DNA from: Spirochaetaceae bacterium
GTDB taxonomy: Bacteria; Spirochaetota; Spirochaetia; DSM-2461
Assembly: GCA_965224705.1 (NCBI GenBank)
Contig: OZ245056.1
Span: forward strand, 1,856,001-1,920,000
Direction of reading: 5' to 3'
DNA: 64,000 nucleotides
In this document: piece after piece, positions 10,503-19,608 of the stretch
Numbering within the stretch: the first letter of the stretch is position 1
Layout of the letters: every line of letters begins with the position of its first letter
Made by a program: the position numbers and the translations under genes
Notes under the pieces: generated by a model
Databases searched by the model: none
The model's input: only the letters and a program-made list of their open reading frames with translations
Told to the model about the DNA's origin: nothing

Positions 10503-12584
10503 ATGGCTGAAATTGTCAATGGAATGTGTAATTATTGTGGTGTGGGATGCAGCCTGCAGTTCATTGTCGACGATAACGGCAGTGTAACCAGGGTAAAAGG
10601 AAATCCCACCTACGCTGTCAATGCCGGTAAACTTTGCCCAAAGGGATTCAAAATCATGGATCCCATCAATGCCGCAGATAGAGGAACTGTACCTCTGATC
10701 AGGGATGGCGGCAATGAGAAGCAGGTCAGCTGGGATGAAGCTCTGGGTACAATGTGCCGTAAGATCAAAGACATTCAAAGCAGACACGGAAAAAAATCCG
10801 CAGCATTCATCAGCACCGGACAACTCTTTACTGAAGAGTTTGCTCTTCTTGGCCTGCTGCGCGGTGTGATGGGTATCGACGGGGATGGAAATACAAGACA
10901 ATGCATGGCCAGTGCCGTCATGGGCTACAAGCAGGCCCTGGGCTTTGATGCCCCGCCGTTAACATATCAGGACATGGAAGAATCCGACTGTATCATACTT
11001 ATCGGCTCAAACACCTATGTGGCCCATCCCATTGTCTGGGAGAGGTATAAGAAGAACAAAAATGATCATGATCTGATAGTGATTGACCCCAGGAAAACTC
11101 CCGTAACGGATAAAGCCACTCTTCACCTTCCCGTCAAACCAAAGCGCGACCTCCTCCTTCTTTACACACTGGCCAATACATTGATCCGTAATGGAAAAGC
11201 CATAAATAAGGAGTATATAGAAAACCATACCAGTGGTTTCAATGAGTTCAAAGAATTCGTCAGCAAATTCTCAAGGGAGGATGTGGAAGAGCAGACAGGA
11301 GTATCCCTGGCGAGTTTTGATAAACTGGTTGAAAAAGTTGAGAGCCGTCAAAAAGTGAGCTTCTGGTGGTGTCAGGGTGTCAATCAGAGTCATCAGGGAA
11401 CAAGAACCGTACAGGCTATTATCAACATTACCCTCATGACGGGGAACATAGGTCGGCCAGGAACAGGCCCCAACTCCCTGACAGGACAGACCAACGCCAT
11501 GGGTTCAAGGATGTACAGCAATACGACCTGTCTCTATGGTGGGCGGGACTATGCAAAACCGGAACACCGGCGCCAGGTGGCCGATATGCTTTCCATAAGT
11601 GATGACATGATTCCCGATACAGCATCCAAACCCTACGACAAAATAATTGACTGTGTTGACAGTGGAGAAATAAAAGCTCTGTGGATAGTCTGCACTAACC
11701 CGCTGCATTCCTGGATCAATTCCAATCGCATTACATCTCTTTTTCATGGACTGGAGCTGCTTGTTGTCCAGGATTTATTCCCCGATACAGCAACATCCAA
11801 ACATGCCCACATCTACCTTCCCGCTGCCGGCATTGGCGAAAAAAAAGGTTCGTTGATCAATTCTGAACGCCGGATTGGCTGTTCTCCAGTTGTTAAACAG
11901 GCCCCTGGCCATGCTCTTTCCGATTATCAGATCTTCTACAAAATAGCAGAACACTGGGGTGTCGATGCCTCCGTACTCGCAAAATGGAAAACACCGGAAG
12001 ATGCCTTTGAACTGATCAAAACAATGAGTGCCGGTATGCCGTGTGATATCAGTGGAATCCAGGACTATGATTTCATTATGAACAACAACGGAATTCAATG
12101 GCCCTTCCCCAGGGAGTCAGCATTGGGCCAGAGTAATCGCAGACTTTTTGAAGATGGACAGTTTTTCACCCCTGACAGGAAGGCAAAATTCCTATTTTCC
12201 GAATGGTCGGCACCAAAGCAGGAACCTGATGATGAATACCCATTGTACCTGCTGACAGGCCGGGGTTCCCAGGCCCAGTTTCACACAATGACACGAACAG
12301 GACGTTCCTCTCAACTGAACAAGGTGTATCCAGATCGGGCCTATATTGAAGTACATGCTGAGGATGCCAGGCATTATGGCGTTGAAAACGATACTCTGGT
12401 AAAAATCATTTCGCGGCAGGGAGAGCATCAGGCAAGAGTTCTTATCTCCGATGTTGTTTCGAAGGGAAGCATATTCAGTCCAATGCATTTCTTTGGCACA
12501 AATAATCTTGTTCCGGAAGATTTTGATGAAATCTCAAGAGAACCATCCTATAAAACCGGTGCAGTGAGATTGGAACGAGTATGA
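10503..12584 (+). CDS. Cytoplasmic Mo-bisPGD nitrate reductase catalytic subunit (NasA/NarB type)
   Basis: [4Fe-4S] motif CNYCGVGC...LCPKG; Mo-ligand motif NTRQCMASA; SLTGQTNAMGSR; C-terminal LLTGR...QFHTMTRTG molybdopterin-dinucleotide domain; no Tat signal. Confidence 0.9.
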   Translation: MAEIVNGMCNYCGVGCSLQFIVDDNGSVTRVKGNPTYAVNAGKLCPKGFKIMDPINAADRGTVPLIRDGGNEKQVSWDEALGTMCRKIKDIQSRHGKKSAAFISTGQLFTEEFALLGLLRGVMGIDGDGNTRQCMASAVMGYKQALGFDAPPLTYQDMEESDCIILIGSNTYVAHPIVWERYKKNKNDHDLIVIDPRKTPVTDKATLHLPVKPKRDLLLLYTLANTLIRNGKAINKEYIENHTSGFNEFKEFVSKFSREDVEEQTGVSLASFDKLVEKVESRQKVSFWWCQGVNQSHQGTRTVQAIINITLMTGNIGRPGTGPNSLTGQTNAMGSRMYSNTTCLYGGRDYAKPEHRRQVADMLSISDDMIPDTASKPYDKIIDCVDSGEIKALWIVCTNPLHSWINSNRITSLFHGLELLVVQDLFPDTATSKHAHIYLPAAGIGEKKGSLINSERRIGCSPVVKQAPGHALSDYQIFYKIAEHWGVDASVLAKWKTPEDAFELIKTMSAGMPCDISGIQDYDFIMNNNGIQWPFPRESALGQSNRRLFEDGQFFTPDRKAKFLFSEWSAPKQEPDDEYPLYLLTGRGSQAQFHTMTRTGRSSQLNKVYPDRAYIEVHAEDARHYGVENDTLVKIISRQGEHQARVLISDVVSKGSIFSPMHFFGTNNLVPEDFDEISREPSYKTGAVRLERV

Positions 12585-13174
12585 CAGCCCTGGCAGGCCT
12601 CATCCTGGTCGGCGGTAGAAACCGGCGTATGGGTAAGAAGAAGCCGCAGATGAGAATCGGTCCGAACCATACTGAAATGCGGGAGTATCTGTACGAGCTG
12701 CTCTCGACTTTTCTGGGAACATGTGTGTTTTCGATCAATCGTCAGCAAAAAAAAGATGCTTATTACAGGGATAAAATCTGTGTGACGGACTTGATTGAAG
12801 ACAGGGGACCGATGGGAGGCCTGCTGTCTGCCATAACTGAATTTCCAGAATACTCCTTCCTTGCGGTGGCCTGCGATATGCCTAATATCAATACCGGGCT
12901 GTTTCAGCAATTGCTGCATCACCGAGGTGGGGAGGGGGTGTTTTTTGAATTAAACTCCCGTATTGAGCCTCTTTGCGGGATTTATGAGAATACAATGTTC
13001 GATAGAATTCATAAAGCTTTCAATAATGGCGAATTCAGCTTGCAAAAAATGCTCAATCATGCGAAGATAAAACGTATTGCATTGGATTCGGCAGTACCGT
13101 TATTCAATGTTAATACACCATTAGATCTCAACAAATTACAAGGAGAGAATCATGGACAAAAAATCGTGGTTTAA
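12581..13174 (+). CDS. mobA: Molybdenum cofactor guanylyltransferase
   Basis: LILVGGRNRRMGKKK, GPMGGL, AVACDMP, IEPLCGIY, FNVNTP; ATGA overlap with the reductase. Confidence 0.9.
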   Translation: MTALAGLILVGGRNRRMGKKKPQMRIGPNHTEMREYLYELLSTFLGTCVFSINRQQKKDAYYRDKICVTDLIEDRGPMGGLLSAITEFPEYSFLAVACDMPNINTGLFQQLLHHRGGEGVFFELNSRIEPLCGIYENTMFDRIHKAFNNGEFSLQKMLNHAKIKRIALDSAVPLFNVNTPLDLNKLQGENHGQKIVV

Positions 13175-13790
13175 AGTTTTACATTACGGCGCCCTGTGGG
13201 GTATTGCCGAAGCGACACTGGGTTATGCCCTGCATGCTTTCCCGATAATCGCCGGCCTGAGAATCTCAGGATCAATCATGTTTCCCATAGGTGTACTGTG
13301 CATGTACAATGCCTTCAAGAAGACGGACAAGTCACAGGCCATTCTCTTGACAGCCGTGGTTGCGGCCGCTATTAAATCTGTTAACTTCCTGATGCCAGCC
13401 ACCAATGTTTTTAATCCAATGATGGCCATCGTCATTGAAGGTCTGGCGGTATTACTGATCATGCCTGCCATGCTTGGCAATTCAACACGGTTAATCACAC
13501 TTTTTAGCATGGGTTTTGCGGCATCTGTTGTATGGCGAATCCCCTTCCTTTACGTACCCTTTCTGATGAAAACCAAAGGGATGTGGCAGATGCCCCCGGA
13601 ACGCTGGGTTCCGTTCTTGACAGTCACTCCATTTTTCAGTGGACTTTTCATTGCAGGTTTCCTTGCGCTGGCAATACGATTCCCTCTGAAAGGTCATGCC
13701 GAAAAATTGTATGAAAAGGTTGCTTTTGCCCCTGCCGGGCTCTTTGCAACAATATGTGTTGCTTTTGCCCTGGAAGTATTCATCCGTTAG
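13152..13790 (+). CDS. Uncharacterised integral membrane protein (about 6 TMs)
   Basis: Hydrophobic 212-aa ORF with SD AGGAG, overlapping mobA; N-terminal GALWGIAEATLGYALH. Confidence 0.75.
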   Translation: MDKKSWFKVLHYGALWGIAEATLGYALHAFPIIAGLRISGSIMFPIGVLCMYNAFKKTDKSQAILLTAVVAAAIKSVNFLMPATNVFNPMMAIVIEGLAVLLIMPAMLGNSTRLITLFSMGFAASVVWRIPFLYVPFLMKTKGMWQMPPERWVPFLTVTPFFSGLFIAGFLALAIRFPLKGHAEKLYEKVAFAPAGLFATICVAFALEVFIR

Positions 13791-13854
13791 CCAGAGTTGA
13801 GAATCCCATTTCCTACAAAGGACACTATCTCCTGTATGGGAGGTAGTGTTTGTT

Positions 13855-14367
13855 ATGTCGGCTTCCCTGCTTGAGTCTTTCATAAACGATTGCCGAAGCA
13901 ATGGTTTTCCCTGCCTGATCATCTGTGCTGGACGCAACTCCGGGAAAACGACTCGCTTCAAGAGCATTTTAGCATCCTTACGGGGGGAATTCGGCCTCAC
14001 AGGTATTATTGCAGAGTCAACTGAACTGAAAAACCGCTATATAGCACAGGATATAAATTCAGGTAGGACCACTGTTCTTATGGAGGAATCCAATCGGATG
14101 AATCCTGGGGATTTTTCTTACAATCGATTCATCGTTCACCAGAATCAATTCGATTCCCTGACCGGCAGGATTATTGATTCCTACCAGAAACAGATCATTG
14201 CCATCGACGAAATTGGAAAAATAGAACTTGAGGGCAGAGGTTGGTTCCAATTACTCAAATTCGCAAACCAGAAACCTCTTCTCATCACTGTCAGAGATAG
14301 ATTTGTCAGGGAAGTCACCGATAAACTCATTGGCAAACGGAGTAAAATTCTCATTGAGCAATGCTGA
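13855..14367 (+). CDS. P-loop NTPase (NTPase_1/THEP1 or DUF2478-like)
   Basis: Walker A AGRNSGKTT, Walker B IAIDEIGKIELEGRGW, LLITVR. Confidence 0.75.
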   Translation: MSASLLESFINDCRSNGFPCLIICAGRNSGKTTRFKSILASLRGEFGLTGIIAESTELKNRYIAQDINSGRTTVLMEESNRMNPGDFSYNRFIVHQNQFDSLTGRIIDSYQKQIIAIDEIGKIELEGRGWFQLLKFANQKPLLITVRDRFVREVTDKLIGKRSKILIEQC

Positions 14368-14492
14368 CAGCCTCCTGGCTGACATACTTCTGCCAGAATC
14401 CAGCCTGATAATCGCCTGGTTTTTGGGCAGAAATACAATTGATAGTAAAACGCATCTGAACTATCTTCACCTGAAAACTCAGGAGGTATTGT

Positions 14493-14927
14493 ATGCTATC
14501 AAGAAATGGGTGGGTAATCTCTTCTTTCATACTTTTTTTCGTTTTCAGCTATTTCAGCTGTTCGGATGTCAGAAAGGTTTACTTCGGATCATATCACGAT
14601 CTTATCAAATCCGATTACATCACCAAAGGGTGGGTACCTGAAGATTTCCCTGAAAACACTTCCGGCATTGAATTAAAGTATAACCTGGATACAAATCAAG
14701 TGTGGATAAAATGCCGCTATTCAGGTGAAATCAATTTCGGAAACAGAGAAATCTCTGATCTAAACGACTCCCTTATAATGATAGAACTTGCCGGTAAGGA
14801 TTTCAGCAGGAATGAGAATCTGGAGTTTTTATCCATTGGCTTTGATGAGTACATTGCAGTTGATACTGAGAACAAGAATCTGAGCTACTATAGGGATCCT
14901 TATGCAGTGTCAGAAAGCTTGTTATAG
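14493..14927 (+). CDS. Small exported/lipoprotein of unknown function
   Basis: SD AGGAGG; hydrophobic N-terminus with FSC; KGWVPEDFP...YNLDTNQVW. The last codons and stop lie inside the element at 14907. Confidence 0.7.
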   Translation: MLSRNGWVISSFILFFVFSYFSCSDVRKVYFGSYHDLIKSDYITKGWVPEDFPENTSGIELKYNLDTNQVWIKCRYSGEINFGNREISDLNDSLIMIELAGKDFSRNENLEFLSIGFDEYIAVDTENKNLSYYRDPYAVSESLL

Positions 14928-15126
14928 CCTGGCTTCATTAGAATCCAGGCAGATGGAGATCCCTGCCAGGTATAGTCGTTCAATGCTGACTGATGGCTGT
15001 GATTCGGCGAATCACTCTCTTGAACGGCGAGAAGCTCTGCCGGAGAAGATTATTGTAATTACTTATTCTATAAGATATTAATTCTCTGATGAACGCAGTC
15101 GATTTATTTAACAAGCTTTCTGACAC
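14907..15126. mobile_element. 220-bp miniature element, GTGTCAGAAAGC family (copy B)
   Basis: Perfect 18-bp inverted ends GTGTCAGAAAGCTTGTTA / TAACAAGCTTTCTGACAC. CAG lies on both sides if the ends are taken as TG...CA. Confidence 0.85.
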
Positions 15127-15275
15127 AGCAAAACCGCCAGATGGCCTTGAAATTCATGTCGGTCACCTAAAAAGACAGCAGCCCCTTCCGGCCCCTAACC
15201 GACATCTCCATCCCACTATAGAAGGACGTATAACGTTTATCGATAATTTCATCGAACAAACAGCGTTTCATCCGT

Positions 15276-15686
15276 TCAAAGACCATATTTACTGTAAAGA
15301 TCTGGATAAACTTCATCCAGAAATAGAGGTAGACCTGATTTCTTATCCAGACATACAGTAGTAACTCTGGCCCTTATAACCTGTGTGCCATCTTTTTTGA
15401 AAACATCCTGGAGGAATACAAGCCTTGTTGACCTTTTACGCTCCAATGCAATTTTTACGGTAAAAACGTCTCCTGGAACCAGGGCATTCAGGTAATCAAT
15501 TTCCACCCGGCTGACCAGGGCCAGTTTTCCTTCGTCAAATAATTCATTGAAATCCACACCTTCGGATTTAATAAATTTATGTCTGGTATGAGACAGGTAA
15601 TTCTGATATTGACCATTGTTGACCACACCCTGGATATCGCATTCATTGTCCCTGACTTCAAATTCCAGTTCATATACATAGTCCAT
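15276..15686 (-). CDS. Acyl-CoA thioesterase (4HBT/YbgC/FadM family)
   Basis: Hot-dog motif EVRDNECDIQGVVNNGQYQNYLSHTR; SD AGGAG before ATG 15686. Confidence 0.88.
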   Translation of the reverse strand: MDYVYELEFEVRDNECDIQGVVNNGQYQNYLSHTRHKFIKSEGVDFNELFDEGKLALVSRVEIDYLNALVPGDVFTVKIALERKRSTRLVFLQDVFKKDGTQVIRARVTTVCLDKKSGLPLFLDEVYPDLYSKYGL

Positions 15687-15719
15687 AGACTTAACTCCTC
15701 TTTCGGCAGATAATACCAC

Positions 15720-16271
15720 ATGACCAATAATAAAGATCGCCTTACCTTACTCACTATAGCTCGAATGGCCATCCAGGCCAGGCTCCAGAATCGCCCGGTG
15801 AACCCTCAGCAATTACTGCCGCCCGGAGCTGAAGCGCCTGCCGGATCCGGAGGGGTGTTTGTTACTTTGAAAATTGATGGTAAATTGCATGGATGCATTG
15901 GGCAACTGACTTCTGATAAACCCATCCTGCAAACTGTTGCGAACACAGCCTGTTCCGCTGCATTTTCCGATCCGCGCTTCCCTCCTTTGAATGAGCAGAA
16001 ACTCAGTGCCGTCAGAATTGAAATCTCCCGGCTTTCAGATTTATTCCCTATAAAAGCCAATGATGTGGAAATCGGTAAACACGGCCTGTTGCTATCCCTG
16101 GGTCATCGCTCAGGAGTCTTCCTCCCACAGGTTCCCATAGAGCAGGGATGGGACCTGCCGGATTATCTCGAAAACCTCTGCCTTAAAGCCGGTGTTCCGC
16201 CCAATACATGGAAAAACCCTGAAGCTGTGCTTGAAGCCTTCACAACAGAATCTTTTTCGGAACAGACCTGA
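15720..16271 (+). CDS. amrA: AmmeMemoRadiSam system protein A (AMMECR1 family)
   Basis: GVFVTL...LHGCIG (variant of LRGCIG), AAFSDPRFPPL, IEISRLS, GVFLPQV, LCLKAG. Confidence 0.88.
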   Translation: MTNNKDRLTLLTIARMAIQARLQNRPVNPQQLLPPGAEAPAGSGGVFVTLKIDGKLHGCIGQLTSDKPILQTVANTACSAAFSDPRFPPLNEQKLSAVRIEISRLSDLFPIKANDVEIGKHGLLLSLGHRSGVFLPQVPIEQGWDLPDYLENLCLKAGVPPNTWKNPEAVLEAFTTESFSEQT

Positions 16272-16337
16272 AACGACCAGCCGTCTCATGGTCTTGTGGC
16301 GGACAGGGAAGGCATCCCTCAATTTCATTCAAATGAT

Positions 16338-18329
16338 TCAGGAATGACTTGAAGAACTTCCTGATACGGCCTCTTCGATTGAAAAAATAAGACGTGCATA
16401 CGTATCCCATCCATCGGCCTTTTTATACGTATCCTCACTGGCGGCTGGCACCTTGATCTTCAGTTGCGGCGAACAATCAGCGAATACATCAATCCCAGCT
16501 TCTGGTGGGTTTGTGCTTTTTATGGTGATTTCCGTTAAGCTGGTGCAGTCTTTGAATGCATAATTCCCAATGGATTTGAGTCCATTAGGCAGGCTGGTAA
16601 GAGCCAGATTTTCGCATCCATTGAATGCATAATCCCCAATGGATGTGAGTCCAGCAGGCAGGCTTTCAAGAGCCAGACTGGTACATCCATTGAATGCCCC
16701 TTTCTTAATGGATGAGATTCCATCAGGCAGGCTGGTAAGGGCCAGACTGGTACAGCCTTTGAATGCCCGTTCCTCAATGGATGTGAGTCCAGCAGGGAGG
16801 CTGGTAAGAGCCAGACTGGTACATCCATTGAATGCATCGTCCCCAATGGATGTGAGTTCAGCAGGCAGGCTGGTAAGAGCCAGATTGGTACATCCATTGA
16901 ATGCATCGTCCCCAATGGATGTGAGTTCAGCAGGCAGGCTGGTAAGAGCCAGATTGGTACATCCATCGAATGCATTTGCCCCAATGGATGTGATTCCGTC
17001 AGGGAGATGAATGTCTACCAGGCTTGAGAAGCCTTGAAATGTCCCGGGACTTATAGCTGTAACTCTCTTACCTTCATAGTATTCCGGAATTCCAATTACA
17101 AGTTTTCCGCTGGGGATTCTAGTACCGGAAACACTGTACTCCGTGTCATCCTTAATCAGAGTGTAGTCCAGATCATTGTGAGGTGTTATTATCCTGAAAT
17201 GGTTCGAAAGACGTCCTTCCCCGGCGGCATTAACAGCGCTAACTGCAAAATAGTTCTTATCGTTACCATTGGTAACTTTAACAGTCCACTCTATTGGACC
17301 TGTTGTTGAACCTACTGCCGGATAAAATGGTAGAACTTCCATGGTTGTTTCAGCGTCGCCGGGTTGGGGCGAGCCGGTTACGTGTGTGTAGTAGAGCCGG
17401 TACTCCGTGATGATTCCAGAAACGCCTGATCTGTCCACCCCTGTCATTTCAGGAGGATAGAACCTTATGGTTACTTCTCCAATTCCTGTTCCTGTTGTAG
17501 ATCCCGGGACTCCAGAGGGGTTCAATGGCTTGCCTGGGGTCTGGTCCGAAGCCAGGGTAGCAACGCTGACCTCATAATCCTTCGTACTCCCATCCTCTGC
17601 GGTTACCGTGTACGCAACGGGGCTGGAAAAATCATTGGATGTAGTTCCACTTTCCTGTGGAGTAGTGTTGACCGTGATTGATGCCCTGTTGCTGCTGGTA
17701 AAACTGGCAATGAAAGAAGTCGGTTTGAATGCATCTTCGCTGACTTGAAGGTGGATAGTTCCATCTGAGTCATCGATGATTCCCAGGGCATCAGCTATTG
17801 TAAGTTGGGAATTGAGTGCTGCTGTAAAAGAAAAGGATGTGATGCTTTTTTTTGATGAAAGTAAGGGCCCGTTTACCGTGAAAGATCGGGTAATCAAGCG
17901 GTTTGTTCTTTCATCTGAAGCGTCAGATTTAAGCACTTCCGGACGTATGGTTACCGTTACCGTTAGCGTATCGCCAGTATCAACTCCTGACAGATCCTGG
18001 GCGATACTGTCCTGGGAGATACTGAGTGTGACGGTGTTGCCTTTGATTTGTCTCTCTATAATATCAATATCATCATCATCGGTTGGATACTTTACACCCT
18101 CTATATCAATGGTTGCAGGAGCAGCCGTACCGCTGTCCGCCGGAATCACCGGAATCACATTTTCTTTGAACACCATCGTAAACTGAACACCATCGGCATT
18201 GATATGCTCCGTTAATGAGTCCAATTCCAGATATGAGTTGAATTTAACAGTCATTTCAAAAGCCGGGCATGATATCAACAACAAACTGACTGCGATCGAA
18301 ATCAATTGTGTTTTCAACACGTTTTTCAT
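16338..18329 (-). CDS. Surface lipoprotein with Ig-like/Fn3-like modules and BspA-type leucine-rich repeats
   Basis: Lipobox LLISC; KSITSFSF...NDFSSPVAYTVTAEDGSTKDY module; YFAVSAVNAAGEG Fn3-like; LRR_5 repeats LTSIGDDAFNGCTNLALTSLP. Confidence 0.85.
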   Translation of the reverse strand: MKNVLKTQLISIAVSLLLISCPAFEMTVKFNSYLELDSLTEHINADGVQFTMVFKENVIPVIPADSGTAAPATIDIEGVKYPTDDDDIDIIERQIKGNTVTLSISQDSIAQDLSGVDTGDTLTVTVTIRPEVLKSDASDERTNRLITRSFTVNGPLLSSKKSITSFSFTAALNSQLTIADALGIIDDSDGTIHLQVSEDAFKPTSFIASFTSSNRASITVNTTPQESGTTSNDFSSPVAYTVTAEDGSTKDYEVSVATLASDQTPGKPLNPSGVPGSTTGTGIGEVTIRFYPPEMTGVDRSGVSGIITEYRLYYTHVTGSPQPGDAETTMEVLPFYPAVGSTTGPIEWTVKVTNGNDKNYFAVSAVNAAGEGRLSNHFRIITPHNDLDYTLIKDDTEYSVSGTRIPSGKLVIGIPEYYEGKRVTAISPGTFQGFSSLVDIHLPDGITSIGANAFDGCTNLALTSLPAELTSIGDDAFNGCTNLALTSLPAELTSIGDDAFNGCTSLALTSLPAGLTSIEERAFKGCTSLALTSLPDGISSIKKGAFNGCTSLALESLPAGLTSIGDYAFNGCENLALTSLPNGLKSIGNYAFKDCTSLTEITIKSTNPPEAGIDVFADCSPQLKIKVPAASEDTYKKADGWDTYARLIFSIEEAVSGSSSSHS
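16540..17030 (-). repeat. Tandem 69-bp (23-aa) LRR-coding repeats, about 7 units
   Basis: Units 16801-16869 and 16870-16938 differ at one base; neighbouring units are progressively more diverged. Confidence 0.9.
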
Positions 18330-18442
18330 GAAGGATCCCCTGGATTTCAATTGAAGAGACGCAACTGAGTCATCTTCTATAATACAATGATACTACTGAA
18401 TTCTCGATTCGTCCATTCTCGAAGATATGATTTTTTAGTTCA

Positions 18443-19066
18443 TCAGTTCCTGCTGGTGAATCCCCAGACTATCCATGGCATCAATGCAGCAGAAACAGCC
18501 CATCCCAAACCCTTAAATGTATTGTTCTTTCTTTCCTGAACATCGCTGATGGAATCATGCTCGCCGAAGTGGAATGTATTCAGAAGTACCCTGTCCAGAG
18601 AGGAAAAAAAATCTTTGAGAGATATTTGATTTCTCCCCTCAGTTATAAGGTCAAAATAATAAAATGTCCGCCCAAGTATTCCGCCTAATTGACCTGGTAT
18701 TTCCAGCTCCGGGCGAATGGCTGCTATGGAAAGAAACACGATACCCACCAATCCTGTTCCCCGGATCAGCCCATTGCGCAGTCCTCCATCTGTCACGGCA
18801 AAAGGTCCAATTTCGATTAAGACTTTCCCTGTGGGCGTTAGAAGATGGAACCACACTATTGAGGCAGTGAAAATCAGAAAGTACAGCCACTGGATACGCT
18901 TTCCTGCGGCCAGAGCCAATACGGCAAAAAGGAAAACAAAAATTCCCCGCCACAGAATGCTGTCAATCATCAAAAAACCCGGAAGTGCCGCCATGGCGGC
19001 CAGAAACCTGGGTAATGGGTCAACAAAAATACCGATGCGGTCAGTTCTTCTTCCAGTCTTCTTCAC
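18443..19066 (-). CDS. Membrane protein, ECF transporter T-component-like
   Basis: Several TMs; TPTGKVLIEIGPFAVTDGGLRNG loop resembles EcfT; GTGA overlap with the Gx gene. Confidence 0.55.
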   Translation of the reverse strand: MKKTGRRTDRIGIFVDPLPRFLAAMAALPGFLMIDSILWRGIFVFLFAVLALAAGKRIQWLYFLIFTASIVWFHLLTPTGKVLIEIGPFAVTDGGLRNGLIRGTGLVGIVFLSIAAIRPELEIPGQLGGILGRTFYYFDLITEGRNQISLKDFFSSLDRVLLNTFHFGEHDSISDVQERKNNTFKGLGWAVSAALMPWIVWGFTSRN

Positions 19067-19608
19067 ACGGACTCCCTGTAACGTTTTTCCAGTTTAACAA
19101 GCCAGGTAGAAGTTTGAGAAAACTTCATGGCGAAGATACCGGTCAGCACACCTGTGATCAAACCGGATCCCAGTGCCAGAGGAGCAATAACCAGTGCTGT
19201 TTGCCCGAATACAAAGAATACCGATAGAAGAAGTTGAACCATGGAACTGAACATGGCTCCCGTCAGTGAGATACCAACCAGACTCACTTTATCGGCTCCG
19301 AGGCGGCTGACCAGCCACATAGTACAGAGAGACACGGCTGAACCCGTAAGAGAAAACAGGAAAACATGGGAGGCCAGGGTTCCATTGATTAATCCCTGAC
19401 CAAGAACCTTCAAACCCAGCAGTATGATCAAGTCCTTTGGTGAGAGAAATCGTATTCCCAGAAGAAGGGGCAGGTTGGCCAGTCCCAGCCGAAAAAATGG
19501 AAGTGGTTTTGGAATCAGATATTCCAATGTAGACAAAAACAAACAAAATGCTCCAAGCAGAGCAATTATATCCTGCCGTGGAGTCAGTTTTCTAGAAGAC
19601 ACCGGCAT
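19063..19608 (-). CDS. Gx transporter family protein (heptaprenyl diphosphate synthase component I-like)
   Basis: LSTLEYLIPKPLPFFRLGLAN motif. Start is uncertain (19608, 19614 or 19623). Confidence 0.85.
   Translation of the reverse strand: MPVSSRKLTPRQDIIALLGAFCLFLSTLEYLIPKPLPFFRLGLANLPLLLGIRFLSPKDLIILLGLKVLGQGLINGTLASHVFLFSLTGSAVSLCTMWLVSRLGADKVSLVGISLTGAMFSSMVQLLLSVFFVFGQTALVIAPLALGSGLITGVLTGIFAMKFSQTSTWLVKLEKRYRESV

Noticed and set aside
10503..12584. Formate dehydrogenase or selenoprotein interpretation
   Set aside because: The active-site segment is RQCMASA (nitrate-reductase type, not C/U-H), there is no in-frame TGA, and narK is adjacent.
15089..15361. 90-aa ORF
   Set aside because: It starts inside MITE copy B and overlaps the thioesterase antisense; unsupported.
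16540..17030. Regular repeats as a CRISPR array or DGR template/variable pair
   Set aside because: The units are contiguous 69-bp in-frame LRR codons without unique spacers; there is no cas or reverse transcriptase gene.
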